Origin: an uncultured Verrucomicrobiae bacterium
Lineage (GTDB): Bacteria; Verrucomicrobiota; Verrucomicrobiia; Chthoniobacterales; Chthoniobacteraceae
Reading direction: 5' to 3'
Assembly (NCBI GenBank): GCA_963828525.1
Contig: CAWHEP010000002.1
Location: forward strand, 480,001 to 544,000
DNA: 64,000 nucleotides
Part shown: positions 22,470 through 35,055 of the stretch, piece after piece
How the letters are laid out: every line of letters begins with the position of its first letter
Numbering within the stretch: position 1 is the stretch's first letter
Program-made: the position numbers and the translations under genes
The notes under the pieces: generated by a model
What the model was told of the DNA's origin: nothing
Databases searched by the model: none
Seen by the model: the letters and a program-made list of their open reading frames with translations, nothing else

Positions 22470-23339
22470 ATGATCAAATTCAAAATATCGCTGCTCGCGG
22501 GAGCCGCGGTAATCCTGCTGTCTTCTTCTCTTAACGCTCAAACGACCATCGCTGGGTGGACTTTTGAGAATAGCGGAACCGCTACAAACTTGAGTCCCCT
22601 TCCCAGCACCCTCAATGGCGCGGGTGCGTCGGCGGCTTCCATCGGAATGACCGGACCCTTCATTTCCGGAAGCGGAGTCGACTCCTCGGATATCACCCTC
22701 GGCCTGAGCGCGGACACGGGTACCAATCACGTGGCGGACCTTGGGCAGATCTGGCGCATCCGGGCTACGGGAGGCACGGGGACGAACAATGGATGGTCCA
22801 GCCAGGCGCCGCTTGGCTCGCAAGGGGCGCAGTTCAACGTGAACACCACCGGATTCGGCAACATCCAGGTCAGCTTCGACTGGTACGCGACGAACCAAGG
22901 GGAAGCGAATCTGCAGCTCCAATACACGGACGACGGATCGACCTGGTTCAACACTCCAATTTCGCTCTCGGGCTCCGACGCGGGAGCGACGGTCATGAGC
23001 AACAGCTCGAACCCGAATATCGTGATGGGGTCCTATGTCAACGGCGGCACCGCCGGGCAGGAATGGTTTACCGGTCTTACGGCCTCCATTTCGGACCTGA
23101 ATGCATTTAACGACCCGAACTTTGGCATCCGCATGGTAAACGCCGCCACCGGTTCCGCGGACGTGGCGATCAAGGGGGGAACGCCGCTCAATAATACCTC
23201 GGGCAACTGGCGTTTCGATAACGTCCTGGTCAACGGAGTGCAGGCGGTGCCGGAGCCGGGCTCGTTCATCCTAGGCGCGGGCGGGCTGGGCTTGCTGGCG
23301 GGGTTCGTGCGGGCCTGCCGCGGCAAGCGGACGGTTTGA
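22470..23339 (+). CDS. PEP-CTERM surface protein
   Basis: Signal peptide; Gly/Ser/Thr/Asn-rich beta-type domain; VPEPGS + TM + basic tail; intact ORF. Confidence 0.92.
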   Translation: MIKFKISLLAGAAVILLSSSLNAQTTIAGWTFENSGTATNLSPLPSTLNGAGASAASIGMTGPFISGSGVDSSDITLGLSADTGTNHVADLGQIWRIRATGGTGTNNGWSSQAPLGSQGAQFNVNTTGFGNIQVSFDWYATNQGEANLQLQYTDDGSTWFNTPISLSGSDAGATVMSNSSNPNIVMGSYVNGGTAGQEWFTGLTASISDLNAFNDPNFGIRMVNAATGSADVAIKGGTPLNNTSGNWRFDNVLVNGVQAVPEPGSFILGAGGLGLLAGFVRACRGKRTV

Positions 23340-23374
23340 TAGTGCCGTGCGCATCTTTGAAGGAAGAGGATTAC

Positions 23375-24922
23375 ATGAACTATAAATTATGGTTAGTAGG
23401 CGCCGCAGGGCTGGTCCTGATGCAGGCAGCGGCTTTTTCGCAGGCATTCACGGCGGGTTCGCTCCTGGTGACCCGTAGCAATTACGAGGGGACGGCAGAC
23501 ATGATCGTTTCGGGATCGACCGTGCTGCCAGGCGGGCAGACGGCGGTTGCGGACGGCGCCTTTCCAGAAGTGTTCAACAACGACACGGCCGACGCGAACT
23601 TCGGGGTTACCTCCCCGGTCTTTATCGACCAAATCACCACGTCCGGAGCGCCGGTGAATATCAATCTGAATTCGTCCTATGTGAGCGGAAACACATTTGC
23701 CGTCCCCACCAGCCTGGTCTCGACCAGCTTCAGCTCGAAATCCGAATTGTCGCTGAATCTCTCTACAGATGGATCCGCAGTAACCTTCATGGGCTACGCG
23801 GCGGGAATCAATCTTTTGGATACTTCCAACTCGAACACGCCCGCGGACACGGCAGTGCCCTACGGCAGCACCACCGCGACTTACCGGGAAGTCGTGCAGT
23901 TGAATGCAAATGGGAGTCTGAGTTCGGCCACCACCAATGCTTACAGCACGAATAATGCGCGCTCCGCCATCCTGGCGAATGGGTTGTATTATACCGTAGG
24001 CAACGGCGACAGCGCCTCCTTGACCGGGGCGCAGACCGTCGTGCCGGGCTCGGTAGCCACCGCCGGCACCGCCGGCACCGCGCCGCTCGGGCAGTATATT
24101 TACCCGGGCGATAACAACAAAAACGGCAAGGATAACAACTTCCGGGGTGAGACGATTTCCAACAACCTCCTCTATGTTTCCAAGGGCAGCGGCAGCAAGG
24201 GGGTCGACTCCGTCTACCAAGTTGGCGCGGGGTCCCCGCTCGCGAACAACAATATTCTCCCCACGGGCACGAACAACCCTATCACCATCCTGCCGGGGTT
24301 GCCCGGCTCCGCCCAAGGGGCGGGGTTGAGCGGGAGCTTCACCCCTTTCGGCATCTTTGTGACCGGGACGACGATGTATGTGGCCGACGAAGGACTGGCT
24401 GCCCCGAGCCCGGGCACCTCGGTGACGGCGGGCGGCAGCAACAGTTATCTGGCCCAAGCGGCCGCGGATGCCAATGCCGGCCTGGAGAAGTGGGGGTTCG
24501 ACGGATCAAAATGGAACCTGGAATACACGCTGCAACTGGGTCTGAACCTGGGCCAGCAGTACGCCGTGGCGGGTCTGGACGCGGGTTACGATCCGGCCAC
24601 GGTCGGCTTGCGAAACTTGACCGGGAAAGTTAACCCCGACGGGACGGTGACGCTCTACTCCTTGACCTCCACGCTGAGCAATCTTGGCGACGTCGGGGCG
24701 GACTCGAACAAATTGGTTTCAGTAACCGATACGCTCGCGGATACGACCGCGGCCCAGGCCTCCAGCGAGCAATTTACCACGCTGGAGACCGCCGGGGCGG
24801 GCCAGGTATTAAGGGGAGTGGCGTTCGCGCCCGTTGCCGTGCCGGAGCCCAGCACCTGGGGGATGGCATTCGCCGGGATGGCGATGCTCTTGCTCGCGGG
24901 GCGGACGCGCAGAGCGGGTTAG
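23375..24922 (+). CDS. PEP-CTERM surface protein (possible beta-propeller)
   Basis: GAGGA RBS; signal peptide; VPEPSTW + TM + RTRR; intact ORF. Confidence 0.92.
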   Translation: MNYKLWLVGAAGLVLMQAAAFSQAFTAGSLLVTRSNYEGTADMIVSGSTVLPGGQTAVADGAFPEVFNNDTADANFGVTSPVFIDQITTSGAPVNINLNSSYVSGNTFAVPTSLVSTSFSSKSELSLNLSTDGSAVTFMGYAAGINLLDTSNSNTPADTAVPYGSTTATYREVVQLNANGSLSSATTNAYSTNNARSAILANGLYYTVGNGDSASLTGAQTVVPGSVATAGTAGTAPLGQYIYPGDNNKNGKDNNFRGETISNNLLYVSKGSGSKGVDSVYQVGAGSPLANNNILPTGTNNPITILPGLPGSAQGAGLSGSFTPFGIFVTGTTMYVADEGLAAPSPGTSVTAGGSNSYLAQAAADANAGLEKWGFDGSKWNLEYTLQLGLNLGQQYAVAGLDAGYDPATVGLRNLTGKVNPDGTVTLYSLTSTLSNLGDVGADSNKLVSVTDTLADTTAAQASSEQFTTLETAGAGQVLRGVAFAPVAVPEPSTWGMAFAGMAMLLLAGRTRRAG

Positions 24923-24947
24923 TCTGGCGCAAAGCACCGGAAAGCCT

Positions 24948-24986
24948 GGAAAAGGCGGTTACTTCGGGTAACCGCCTTTTCCTTTT
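24948..24986 (+). terminator. Rho-independent terminator (potentially bidirectional)
   Basis: GGAAAAGGCGGTTAC-TTCGG-GTAACCGCCTTTTCC perfect 15-bp inverted repeat followed by TTTT. Confidence 0.9.
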
Positions 24987-25031
24987 CGTGCGAGTCTCCC
25001 CGGTTCGGGATAAACTCGCTTCCGTAAAACA

Positions 25032-25851
25032 ATGAGGCCACGCTGCTTTGAACTCGTCACCGTGCCGGCTGGGCCTTGCTCGCTCCGCTCGATCGAACAC
25101 GGCGAGACTTTCCACCCGGGCATCGGCCCCATGGCTGAAGCCCGCGCCTTGCACGTGGCCCAGCATGGCCTGGCGGCGCGCGCAGCTGACACGGTCCAGC
25201 CGTTCGTGATTTGGGACATCGGCCTGGGAGCGGCAGCAAACGCCCTGGCAGTCCTAGAGACGGCGCGGGACTCCTTCCCGTCGGCCCCGGTGGAGCTGCA
25301 CAGCTTCGATTCCACCCTGGAGCCGCTTCGCTTCGCCATCGAGCACGCCGCAGAGCTGGCCTATCCGGTCTCCTGGCTGGACGTGCTGCGCGAGTTCTCT
25401 GAAGCCGGCTCTCGTCATGCTGGGGCCACTCTCGTGGCATTTGCATTTCGGCGACTTCCGGCTTCCGGCCACGGCGGTTTCCACTCCCGCGCCCGAGGCA
25501 GTTATCTTCGACCCCTATTCACCAGCGGCGAATCCCGGCATGTGGACCACCGAGGTCTTCGCCTCCATCCGCCGCCGGGCCGGCCTGTGCACGCTGAGCA
25601 CTTATACCCGCTCCACCGTGATGCGCGCGCGCCTGCTGCGTGCGGGCTGGTTCGTGGGCCACGGCGCAGCCACCGGCGATAAAACGGAGACGACCATCGC
25701 CGCCTCGGAACTGCCCGCGCTTCACCATCCGCTCGGCCGCCGCTGGCTGGAACGCCTGCGCCGCAGCACGGCCCCCGGCCTGGAGGAGGGAGGGGCGGCC
25801 GCGGCGGAAGATTTGTCCGGCCACCCGCAGTTTGCGAGAGGCAATCCTTAG
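25032..25851 (+). CDS. MnmC/MnmD-like SAM-dependent methyltransferase (stand-alone)
   Basis: GETFHPGIGPMAEA, IWDIGLGAAAN, FDPYSPAANPGMWT, STYTRST..LLRAGW; one frameshift. Confidence 0.82.
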
Positions 25852-25965
25852 GATATGGATAATCGGAATAGCCATCAGGCCGAATTTACACGCGTCCGTC
25901 TATTCCGGCTTTGGTCGTGCTACGAAATGCTTTACGGAACTATTCATCATGCTAAGTCATCGGTG

Positions 25966-27242
25966 ATGAGATGGCGGCGTGTAATTAAACCATTCTTCCT
26001 GGTCCTCGCTTTTGGGTTTTGCTCGAAACTGAATGCGGGAGAGATGTTGCACAGCCTGCTGCTTAACACGGATCCCGCAGAGCAGCTATACACCAGTGCG
26101 TTACATCGGGCTCAAAATAACGACGTACAGGGGGCGATCGCCGATTTGACGCGGGCGCTTGAAACCAATCCCAAGATGGCGAAAGCGGCGAACTATCGGG
26201 GGCAGTTAGAAGATTTTCTGGGCGATATCAAAGGTGCGATATCCGACTACGATCTGACTCTTCGCATCTCTCCGCGATTCGATGCGGCGTATGTCAACCG
26301 CGGTCAGTGCGACGAAAAACTAGGCGACGAACAGAAGGCTTTCGACGACTACACGAAGGCAATACGGATCAACCAGAGAAATGCTCAAGGCTATGCCGGC
26401 CTCGGACAGGTCGAAAGAAAGAGAGGCAATTACGTCGAATCAGTCCTCGACTATGATCAGGCGGTCAATCTTGAGCCAGGAAATGCAACCTTTTACAACA
26501 ATCGCGGTCTGTCCAAAACCTATAAAGGCGATTTCGACGGTGCGATTACCGATTTTGACCGCTCCATTACCATTGACCCGCAGCATACTACTTCGTTTAA
26601 CAACCGGGGGCTGGCCGAACAGTGGAAGGGCAAGCTAGGTGATGCCGTTGCTGATTATGACCAAGCCATCAAACTGGATGACCGATACACTGATGCTTAC
26701 TTCGGGCGCGGTGTAGTGAAGGAACATCAAGGCAATTATGATGATGCCATTGCTGATTTTACCTCGATGATCAATATAGATCCCAAATCGTCCAAAGCCT
26801 ATTGCGAACGCGGAGTAACCAAGCGCGCCAAAGGCGATTTGCCGGGCGCCATTGAGGATTTGTCCGAAAGCATCAGTCTTAATCCCGGCGACGCCGTGCT
26901 CTACAATAACCGGGGGCTCGCTCTGCGGGCAAATGGCGACTTAAAGGGCGCGTTTGCCGATTTAACCAAAGGCCTGGCCCTCGCCCCCGGCTCAGCTTTA
27001 GTCCACGACAGCATGGGACTTGTTAAACAGAACATGGCTGATCTTCGCGGCGCTCTGGATGAATTTACACGCGCAATGGAACTTGATCCGAACTTTCAAG
27101 CTGCCTATACCAACCGGGCCGGCGCCGGATGGCTGCAAACGATCTCCGGGGAGCAAAGGAAGATCTGACGCGTGCGCTTCAACTTAATTCACAGGACAAG
27201 AAGGCGCTGGACATGATGGCAAAGATCAACGGCGGAAAATAA
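25966..27242 (+). CDS. Secreted tetratricopeptide-repeat protein (~11 TPRs)
   Basis: Regular 34-aa repeats (YNNRG..GAIADF..P); signal-like N-terminus; last repeat frameshifted, stop at 27240-27242; lower GC than flanks. Confidence 0.9.
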
Positions 27243-27341
27243 TCACCGAATCCGCGGCTTGTCTATGCGCGGCAGCAACCTGCCGCGTTTCACCGGCACA
27301 TCGCAATTCGATAAACGCGCCAAAACGTGATTTAGCTTCGG

Positions 27342-28223
27342 CTAGTCCAGAAAGCGTCTCAGAATCGGGCGCAGCTTTTCGATTGTCTCCGCCGGCCAGA
27401 GGTGGCGTGGCGTGACCAGCGCGTTCTCCAGCGAACGATGCTCGGGCCACTCCGGCTCCTGGGGAATTTTCTCGATGACCGCCGGCAAAATTGCGCGCGC
27501 CGCCGCTGCGTTCGCCTGCAAGTTCTCAAAGACCATCCGCGCCGAGACCGGCTCCTCGTCCGTCTTCCAGCAGTCGTAATCCGTCACCATGGCCAAAGTC
27601 GCCAGCGCGATCTCCGCCTCCCGGGCGAGGCGGGCCTCCGCCGCATTTGTCATCCCGATCACGTCGAATCCCATCTTCCGGTGCACCTCGGACTCGGCGC
27701 GGGTGGAGAACGCCGGGCCATCCATATTCACATATGTCCCACCGTCATGCACAGTATACCCACGCCCGCGCGCGCATTCGGCCAGGATGCCTCGCAGCGC
27801 TGCGCTGATGGGTTCGGCAAAGCCGACGTGCGCTGCAATGCCTGCGCCAAAAAAAGTCTGCTCCGTGCGGCGGCTGGTGCGGTCGAAGAACTGTGAGGGC
27901 AGCACGATGTCACGCGGCGGGTATTGCTCCTGCAGGCTTCCCACGGCGGTTACGCAAACAATCCAGCGGACGTTCAGCGATGCGCAGCGCGAAGATGTTC
28001 GCGCGGTAGTTCACCTCGTGCGGCAGGATGCGATGGCCCCGCCCGTGGCGCGGCAGGAAATACACCTGCCGGCCCGCCAGGCTCCCCCCGACGATCAAGT
28101 CCGAGGGCTGCCCGAAGGGGCGTCTCCATGCGCGATCTCCCGCGGGTCGTCCAGGCCCTCGATCTGGTAAAGGCCGCTGCCGCCGATGACTCCGATGGCC
28201 GCGGGAACGTCGTCGTGATTCAT
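27342..28223 (-). CDS. mtnP: S-methyl-5'-thioadenosine phosphorylase
   Basis: [64 protein letters not shown]. Confidence 0.95.
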
Positions 28224-28263
28224 GCCGTCAGCAAGACTGAGAAAGCGCGCCACGGCAAGCCGA

Positions 28264-29151
28264 TCACGCCACCGGCTTTTGCAGCAGCGCCACGAACTCG
28301 CGCACCAGCGGGGGGCGCGTGCCCTCCCGCTTGGTCAGGATGCCGAGCGGCCGCGTCATGGCGGGATGGGTGATCTCCACCGCCACCAGCGCGGCGTTTT
28401 CCACCTCCTGCCGCACGGTCCGGCTGGGCACGATGGAGATGCCGTTCTCGATTTCCACCGCCCGTTTCACCGTCTCGACATTATCGAACTCGATGGCGTG
28501 CCGCACCTGCACCCCTTGCTCGCGCAGGTGGCGGTCGATGACTTTGCGCGTCGGCTGGTCGGGCTCGAAGGAGATGAACCGCTCCCCCTCCAGATCGGGC
28601 AGTTGGATGGAGGTCCGCCCGGCCAGCGGGTGGTGCGGGTGGCAGATCATGCACCATCCGGTCGTCCAGAAATTTCTCCACCTGCAGGCCCTTGCGCTTG
28701 GCCGGGTAGGAGACCAGCCCGATCTCGACATCGCCGCGCAGCACCGCGCCGTAGATTTCCCAGGAGCGCCGGTATTCCACTTGGACATCCACCGCCGGGA
28801 TGTGCGGCCTGGAAGGCCTTGACGTAGGGCGGCAACTCATGGAGCCCGATGGAATAAATAACCCCCACGCGCAACTCCCCGGAAAGAGCGTGCCGCGGCG
28901 ATTTGATGCGCTTCCCCAAGCTGCCCGTAGACCCCACGATCTCGCGGCTGGCTCCGAGAAAAGCCTCGCCTTCCGCGGTGAGCGCGAAGGTGCGCCGGCC
29001 GCGATCGATCAAACTGACTTGAAAGCGCTGCTCCAGCGCCCGAATCTGCTGCGAGACGGCGCTTTGCGTAATGCCGTTGGCCAAGGCGGCTTTGGAAAAG
29101 CTGCCGCCTTCCGCGAGATCGCAAAAAATTTTGAAATGTCTCAATCTGCAT
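28264..29151 (-). CDS. LysR family transcriptional regulator; frameshifted
   Basis: FCDLAEGGSFSKAALANGITQSAVSQQIRALE; EFDNVETVKRAVE. Confidence 0.93.
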
Positions 29152-29223
29152 CCGTCAAAGGATTCCCTCCCATCTCTCGATAAGCTGCGCTAATCTTAAA
29201 TGCAACAAGGATCGGAATCGCTA

Positions 29224-29955
29224 ATGGAAGACTCGATAGCCGGGCGTCTTTCGGAAGTGCGCGGCGCGAATGGCCGGGGCCGCCCGCCTTTCCGGCCGCG
29301 CCCGGAAGAAATCGAACTGGTGGCGGTGTCCAAGGTTCATCCGCCAGAGGCGGTGCAGGAGGCGCTGGCTGCCGGTCAACCGCTCTTCGGCGAAAACCGC
29401 ATCCAGGAGGCGCGCGCCAAGATTCCGCTCGTCTCCTCCCGCGCGCGCTGGCACTTCATCGGGCATCTGCAAAAGAACAAGATCCGGCAGGCGCTGCCCC
29501 TCTTCGAACTGCTGCACGGCATCGATTCTCTTTCCCTTGCGCGCGATATGCAGCGCGATGGCCGAGGAGGATGGGCAGCGCCCGCGAATTTTGCTGGAGG
29601 TGAACGTGGCGGGCGAAGGAAGCAAGTTCGGCTTCAAGCCCGGCGCGCTCGAGAGCGAACTGGAGGCGATTGTTGCCGAATTGCCGCGGCTGGAGGTGGC
29701 GGGCCTGATGGCGATCCCTCCCTTCACTCCGAAGCCGGAAGAGTCCCGCCGCTATTTCGCGGCGTTGCGGGAGCTGCGCGACCGTCTTCAGGAAAAGCTG
29801 CGCGTTGGCCTGCCCCAACTCTCCATGGGCATGAGCAACGACTACGAAGTGGCCATCCAGGAAGGCGCGACCTTGGTGCGGGTGGGCACCGCGATTTTCG
29901 GCGAGCGCCGCGGAAAAGCCTGGCGGCCGGAAGGGGGACAGATCCGAAGATTGAC
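29224..29955 (+). CDS. yggS: PLP homeostasis protein YggS (3' end approximate; assembled frame runs to 30043)
   Basis: LVAVSK, FGENRIQEA, WHFIGHLQKNK, LSMGMSNDYEVAIQEGATLVRVGTAIFG. Confidence 0.95.
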
Positions 29956-30026
29956 GCTGATTTGCGGAGGATCCCGCCTCATTTCTTTTCTTTTAAATCT
30001 GCGTTTATCTGCGCCAATCTGCGGAT
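29939..30026. repeat. Palindromic element of 10-nt-period CGCAGAT/ATCTGCG units, copy 1
   Basis: Degenerate left arm (CCGAAGAT-TGACGCTGAT-TT) and right arm AAATCTGCG-TTTATCTGCG-CCAATCTGCG-GA. Confidence 0.75.
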
Positions 30027-30080
30027 ATCTTCCCCTCCCTTGACCACCCTCGTGGAAAGTTCGATACTCGGAAAGTCCGC

Positions 30081-30420
30081 ATGAGATTGAACCCCGTAAA
30101 TCTGCAGGTGATCGGAAACGAACTCGCGATTGCCTGGAGCGATGGGCTGGAATCCTTCGTCAAATGCGAGACGCTGCGCCGGAATTGCCCGTGCGCGGCA
30201 TGCGGTGGCGAGCCGGACGTGCTCGGCCATGTCGTTCGTCCCCAAGTCACGCTGACTGAGGCCAGCTTTCGGCCTGCGCAGCCATCAAATGGTCGGCGGC
30301 TATGCCTGGCAGCCGGTCTGGCAGGATGGGCATTCCACCGGGCTGTTCAGTTTCGCCTACCTTCGGCGGCTTGCCGGGGAACCGGCAACCGTTGCGGATG
30401 GCGAGCTATCCTCGTCATGA
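30081..30420 (+). CDS. DUF971 / GBBH N-terminal-like Zn-binding protein
   Basis: IAWSDG..LRRNCPCAAC..VGGYA..WQDGHSTGLFSFAYL; one frameshift. Confidence 0.88.
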
Positions 30421-30881
30421 ACAACCGGGCCAAAATCTCCCTGCTCATGCTCTTCTTCGCAAGCTGCGGGACGGCGGCCATCATGACGGCTTATTTCCAG
30501 GCCCGCGCGGATGCAAATGTGAAACCGGCGGAGCTTTACGCGGTGGTGAACCGCCAGTTGGGCGATCTGCGGCGGCAGAATTTCCCGGCGGCCTACGAGT
30601 ACGCTTCCCTCGAAATCCAGCAACGCTTCACGGTGGAGCAATTCGCCCGCATGGTTCGGCTGGATTATCCCACTCTCCTGCAGGCCACCCAGGCGGAGTA
30701 CGGCCCCGTGGAGGCGCGGGGCAATCACGCGGCGATTCGCGTTTACCTGATCGGGCGCGACGGCCTGGTGATGCCCTGCCTTTACCAACTGGTGCGGGAA
30801 CACGATCGCTGGCGCATCGACGGCGCCAGCCTCCTCCAGGCGTGGCCCTCCGCATGCCGCATGGCGGGGACGATGCTCTGA
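30417..30881 (+). CDS. DUF4864-like membrane-anchored protein
   Basis: VVNRQL..FPAAYEYAS..IQQRF..FARMVRLDYP..WRIDG. Confidence 0.75.
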   Translation: MNNRAKISLLMLFFASCGTAAIMTAYFQARADANVKPAELYAVVNRQLGDLRRQNFPAAYEYASLEIQQRFTVEQFARMVRLDYPTLLQATQAEYGPVEARGNHAAIRVYLIGRDGLVMPCLYQLVREHDRWRIDGASLLQAWPSACRMAGTML

Positions 30882-30908
30882 GCGCGGCGGCAACGGGCTT
30901 ATACGGGC

Positions 30909-31848
<940 letters not shown>

Positions 31849-31908
31849 CTAATTCGGGGCAGCTTGGGCGGAATTCCTCAGAGGCCTCGAGAGAATGGCC
31901 GTGGCAAA

Positions 31909-32808
31909 TCAGGCGCGCGGATGCGCCTCGTTGTAGGCCTTTTTCAACCGCTCCACCGTGACATGGGTGTAGATCTGGGTAGTGGAAATGCTGGCGTGGC
32001 CCAGCAGCGATTGCACGCTGCGCAAATCCGCCCCCGCGTCCAGCAGATGGGTCGCGAAGGAGTGGCGCAATTTGTGGGGGCTGATCTTAAGCGGGATGCT
32101 GGTGTGCCGCAGGTATTTCCGCACCACCGCCCATACTGCAACGGTGGACATGCGGCGCCGGCTCTTATTCAGGAAGAGCGGCCCCGCCGTCACCCCGGCT
32201 TCGGAGCGATACCGCTGAATCGCCGCCAAAGCCGGCGCGCCGGCCGGGACCAGGCGCTCTTTGCGGCCTTTGCCGAATACCCGCACTGTCTCGGAGTAGG
32301 GGTCGATGTGCGCGACATCCAGGCCGATCAACTCCGACAGCCGCAAGCCGCTCGAGTAGAACAGCTCCAGGATGGCCGCGTCCCGCGCCGCGGCCCAAGC
32401 CGGCGAGCGCTTCTCCCGCGGCACGCGCAACGGCGCGGCCAGCAATTCGTCCACCTGACCGGTGGTAAGGACGAGGGGCAGCTTGCGCTCCAACTTGGGA
32501 AGCTGGACTTCCTTCAGCGGGTTTTTCGCGAGCCCGTGCCGCTCCGAGAGCCATTTGTAAAAGGTGCGCAACGCGGCGAAGTGCAGGCGAATGGTGGGCC
32601 GTGCCGCGCCTCCCCGCATCAATTGAAAAAGATGCTGCCGAAAATGATCCGCGGTGCATTCCTTCCAGGGCGGAAGGCTGGCCCCGGCGCGAAAGGAGGC
32701 GAGGGCGTGGCGGTAGTTCAGCAGGGTGCGCGGCGAAGCATGGCGCTCGAACTCCAGCGTGTCGAAAAACGATTCTTGGAGCCGGTCGCGTTTTTGCGGA
32801 GCGGCCAT
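31909..32808 (-). CDS. xerC: Tyrosine recombinase XerC/XerD family
   Basis: ELFYSSGLRLSEL, GKGRKERLVP, SPHKLRHSFATHLL, LLGHASISTTQIYTH, HPRA end; intact. Confidence 0.92.
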   Translation of the reverse strand: MAAPQKRDRLQESFFDTLEFERHASPRTLLNYRHALASFRAGASLPPWKECTADHFRQHLFQLMRGGAARPTIRLHFAALRTFYKWLSERHGLAKNPLKEVQLPKLERKLPLVLTTGQVDELLAAPLRVPREKRSPAWAAARDAAILELFYSSGLRLSELIGLDVAHIDPYSETVRVFGKGRKERLVPAGAPALAAIQRYRSEAGVTAGPLFLNKSRRRMSTVAVWAVVRKYLRHTSIPLKISPHKLRHSFATHLLDAGADLRSVQSLLGHASISTTQIYTHVTVERLKKAYNEAHPRA

Positions 32809-32856
32809 GGCTAACGCGCGGCCCTTCCCAGTACCGCGCCGTCCCGAAAACGCCTT

Positions 32857-34122
32857 TTACCGCTGCCCCATGGGCGTGCCAAGGTGCGCGGGCTGCGCAG
32901 TCGAGCCCACTTCGCCGCGGCGGGCGGTGGCCCGTTCGAACCGCAGCGAGGCGGAGCGCTGCTCCACGCCGTCCGGCGATTGGGCCACGATGGGAATGTC
33001 GTAATTGCCATCCGGGAAACGGAAGTGGTACCGGAAGGAGCCGTCCGGCGCGAGGGCGATCTCTTTGCCATCGATCCAGACCTTCGCGTCCGGGTGGGTG
33101 CCGCCGTAGAAGATGACTTCGGCATTCACATGCATGAAAAATTCCCGGCCGCTCTGGCCGAAAGGCTGCGCGCTCCAACTCGAGCCCAGCGCCGATGACC
33201 AGCTGGTCACTTCCGAAGAACCCAACTGTCCCGGCGAAGGCGCTGAACAAGCTGCTCTCGCCGAGCCCAAGCGAGGCTTTTGGCGACCAGTTCGCTGGCG
33301 CTTTCGGTGGAAAGCTTTTCCAGCAACTCCTGGCGCAGGAGCTGGTCGATCTCCGCCGAGCCCATGCCGAGGCGTTCCACGATCTCCGCGCCGAAAAATG
33401 CGGCGAGCACCTGGCGCTGCTCCTCCGTCCACTCCGGCGTGCGGCCGGTCTGGAAGGCCAGCTTGCGGCCCTCCCCTTGCAGGCGGGAGAGCGCCATGAT
33501 GAGGCTTTCGCCTTCGATCATGTTTCCCTGCACCATCTCCATCATGCGCTGGAAGGTGAGGTGGATCGGCACGGTCGCAAACGAGGCGTCCGAGGAATCC
33601 GAAAACTTGTCCTGCGGGGCCGTGGCCTCCGGGCGAGCGGGCCACGCTGGCCCAGTCGCCGCCCGCGGCGTAAGTAGCCGAGCTCCGCGAAATAAGTTTC
33701 GCCCGGCTCCTTGACCGGGAGATACCAGTTCCGCGCATCCAGATGGACTTCGGTGGTGAATTCCTCCGCGCCGCCAGCCGGTGAAGACCTTCAGGAAAAA
33801 CTTGCCGTCGGGAGCGAGCGCCGGAGTCGTCGCGCCTTCGATATCCCAGTAAGAAAAAAGCCAGTGCGGGTCGCGCGCCACCAGGTAAAGGGTGTTCGAG
33901 CCGTAGGATTGCGGCAGCTCGCCGAGGTTCTCAAAGGCGGGCTCCTCATGGGGCGGAGCGGCGTCCGGTGCATGCTCGCGGGAGGACTCGTACTTATGCA
34001 CTGCTGGATCTTCCGGCAGGGATCTCGACCGGCAGTTCCTTGGAAATCTGGAACGCGCCGTTTTTCTTGGGTTTGGAGTCGCCCAAATCATTTAAATTTT
34101 TCCCTGGATTCGATTTTCCCAT
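32857..34122 (-). CDS. DUF4912 domain protein; frameshifted
   Basis: ELPQSYGSNTLYLVARDPHWLFSYWD; Ser/Trp-rich linker; FFMHVNAEVIFYGGTHPDA..DGSFRYHFRFPDG. Confidence 0.85.
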
Positions 34123-34274
34123 AGTGTTTCCTTCTGCCGAAATGTTCGCGTTCAGCGCGAGCGCCTTTTCAGGCAGACTGCGGGCTGAGTCAATCAAATT
34201 ATCCGGATCGCCTGCGCGAATTTTGACCGGTTTGTCGCCCATGCGCCCCTCCTCCTTTACCAATTTGTAACCGA

Positions 34275-35055
34275 ATGTTAATCAAACGTGTCATCCCCTG
34301 CCTCGATGTCCATGACGGCAAGGTGACCCGCGGCGTGCAATTTGGCCGTGCCGAAGCGGGCGGTCTGCGCAATGTCGGCGACCCGGTGGAACTCGCGCTC
34401 CGCTATGACCGGCAGGGAGCGGACGAGATGGTTTTCTTCGATATCACCGCCAGCGCCCACGGCCGGGCCAGCATGGTGGAGGTGATCGAGCGCACGGCGG
34501 ACCAATGCTTCATGCCGCTCACCGTCGGGGGCGGCATCCGCACCGTGGAGGATATGTACACGATGCTGAAGGCCGGGGCGGACAAGACGAGCATCAACTC
34601 CTCCGCCTTGGCCACGCCCGAGCTTGATCCGGGCGGGAGCCGAGCGCTTTGGAAACCAATGCATCGTGGTCTCGATCGATTGCCAGCGGGTGAGCCCCGG
34701 CCGCTGGGAGGTGTTTTCCCATGGGGGGCGAAAGGCGACCGGGCTGGAAGCCGTCGAGTGGGCGCTGCGGGCCGAAGCGCTGGGCGCGGGCGAGATCGTG
34801 CTGAACTCCATCGACGCCGACGGCACGAAGGCGGGGTTCGATCTTGAGATCACACGGCGGGTCAGCGAGGCGGTCGGCATTCCCGTGGTGGCGAGCGGCG
34901 GAGCGGGCAAGCTGGAGCACCTGGCCGAGGTGCTGCAGGAGGGAAAGGCGGATGCGGTGCTCGCGGCCAGCATCTTCCATTTCGGCGAATACACGGTGGG
35001 CGATGTGAAGCGCCACCTGGCCGCCGCGGGAATCCCGGTGCGGCTTACGGATTGA
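34275..35055 (+). CDS. hisF: Imidazole glycerol phosphate synthase cyclase subunit
   Basis: [49 protein letters not shown]. Confidence 0.97.

Noticed and set aside
25906..25921. Possible sigma54 motif CGGCTTTGGTCGTGCT upstream of the TPR gene
   Set aside because: Spacing is right but the -24 match is weak; such hits are expected by chance in GC-rich DNA.
29939..30026. ATCTGCG repeats as a CRISPR array
   Set aside because: Units are 7 nt with 3-nt gaps and inverted arms; there are no spacers and no cas genes.
30081..30881. 266-aa DUF971-DUF4864 fusion ORF
   Set aside because: An indel near 30275 joins the frames; the corrected DUF971 frame stops at an ATGA overlap (30417-30420).
31909..32808. 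Tyrosine recombinase as the integrase of a prophage or island
   Set aside because: Length and motifs fit chromosomal XerC/D; I saw no att repeats, tRNA or mobile cargo nearby, and no dif-like site.
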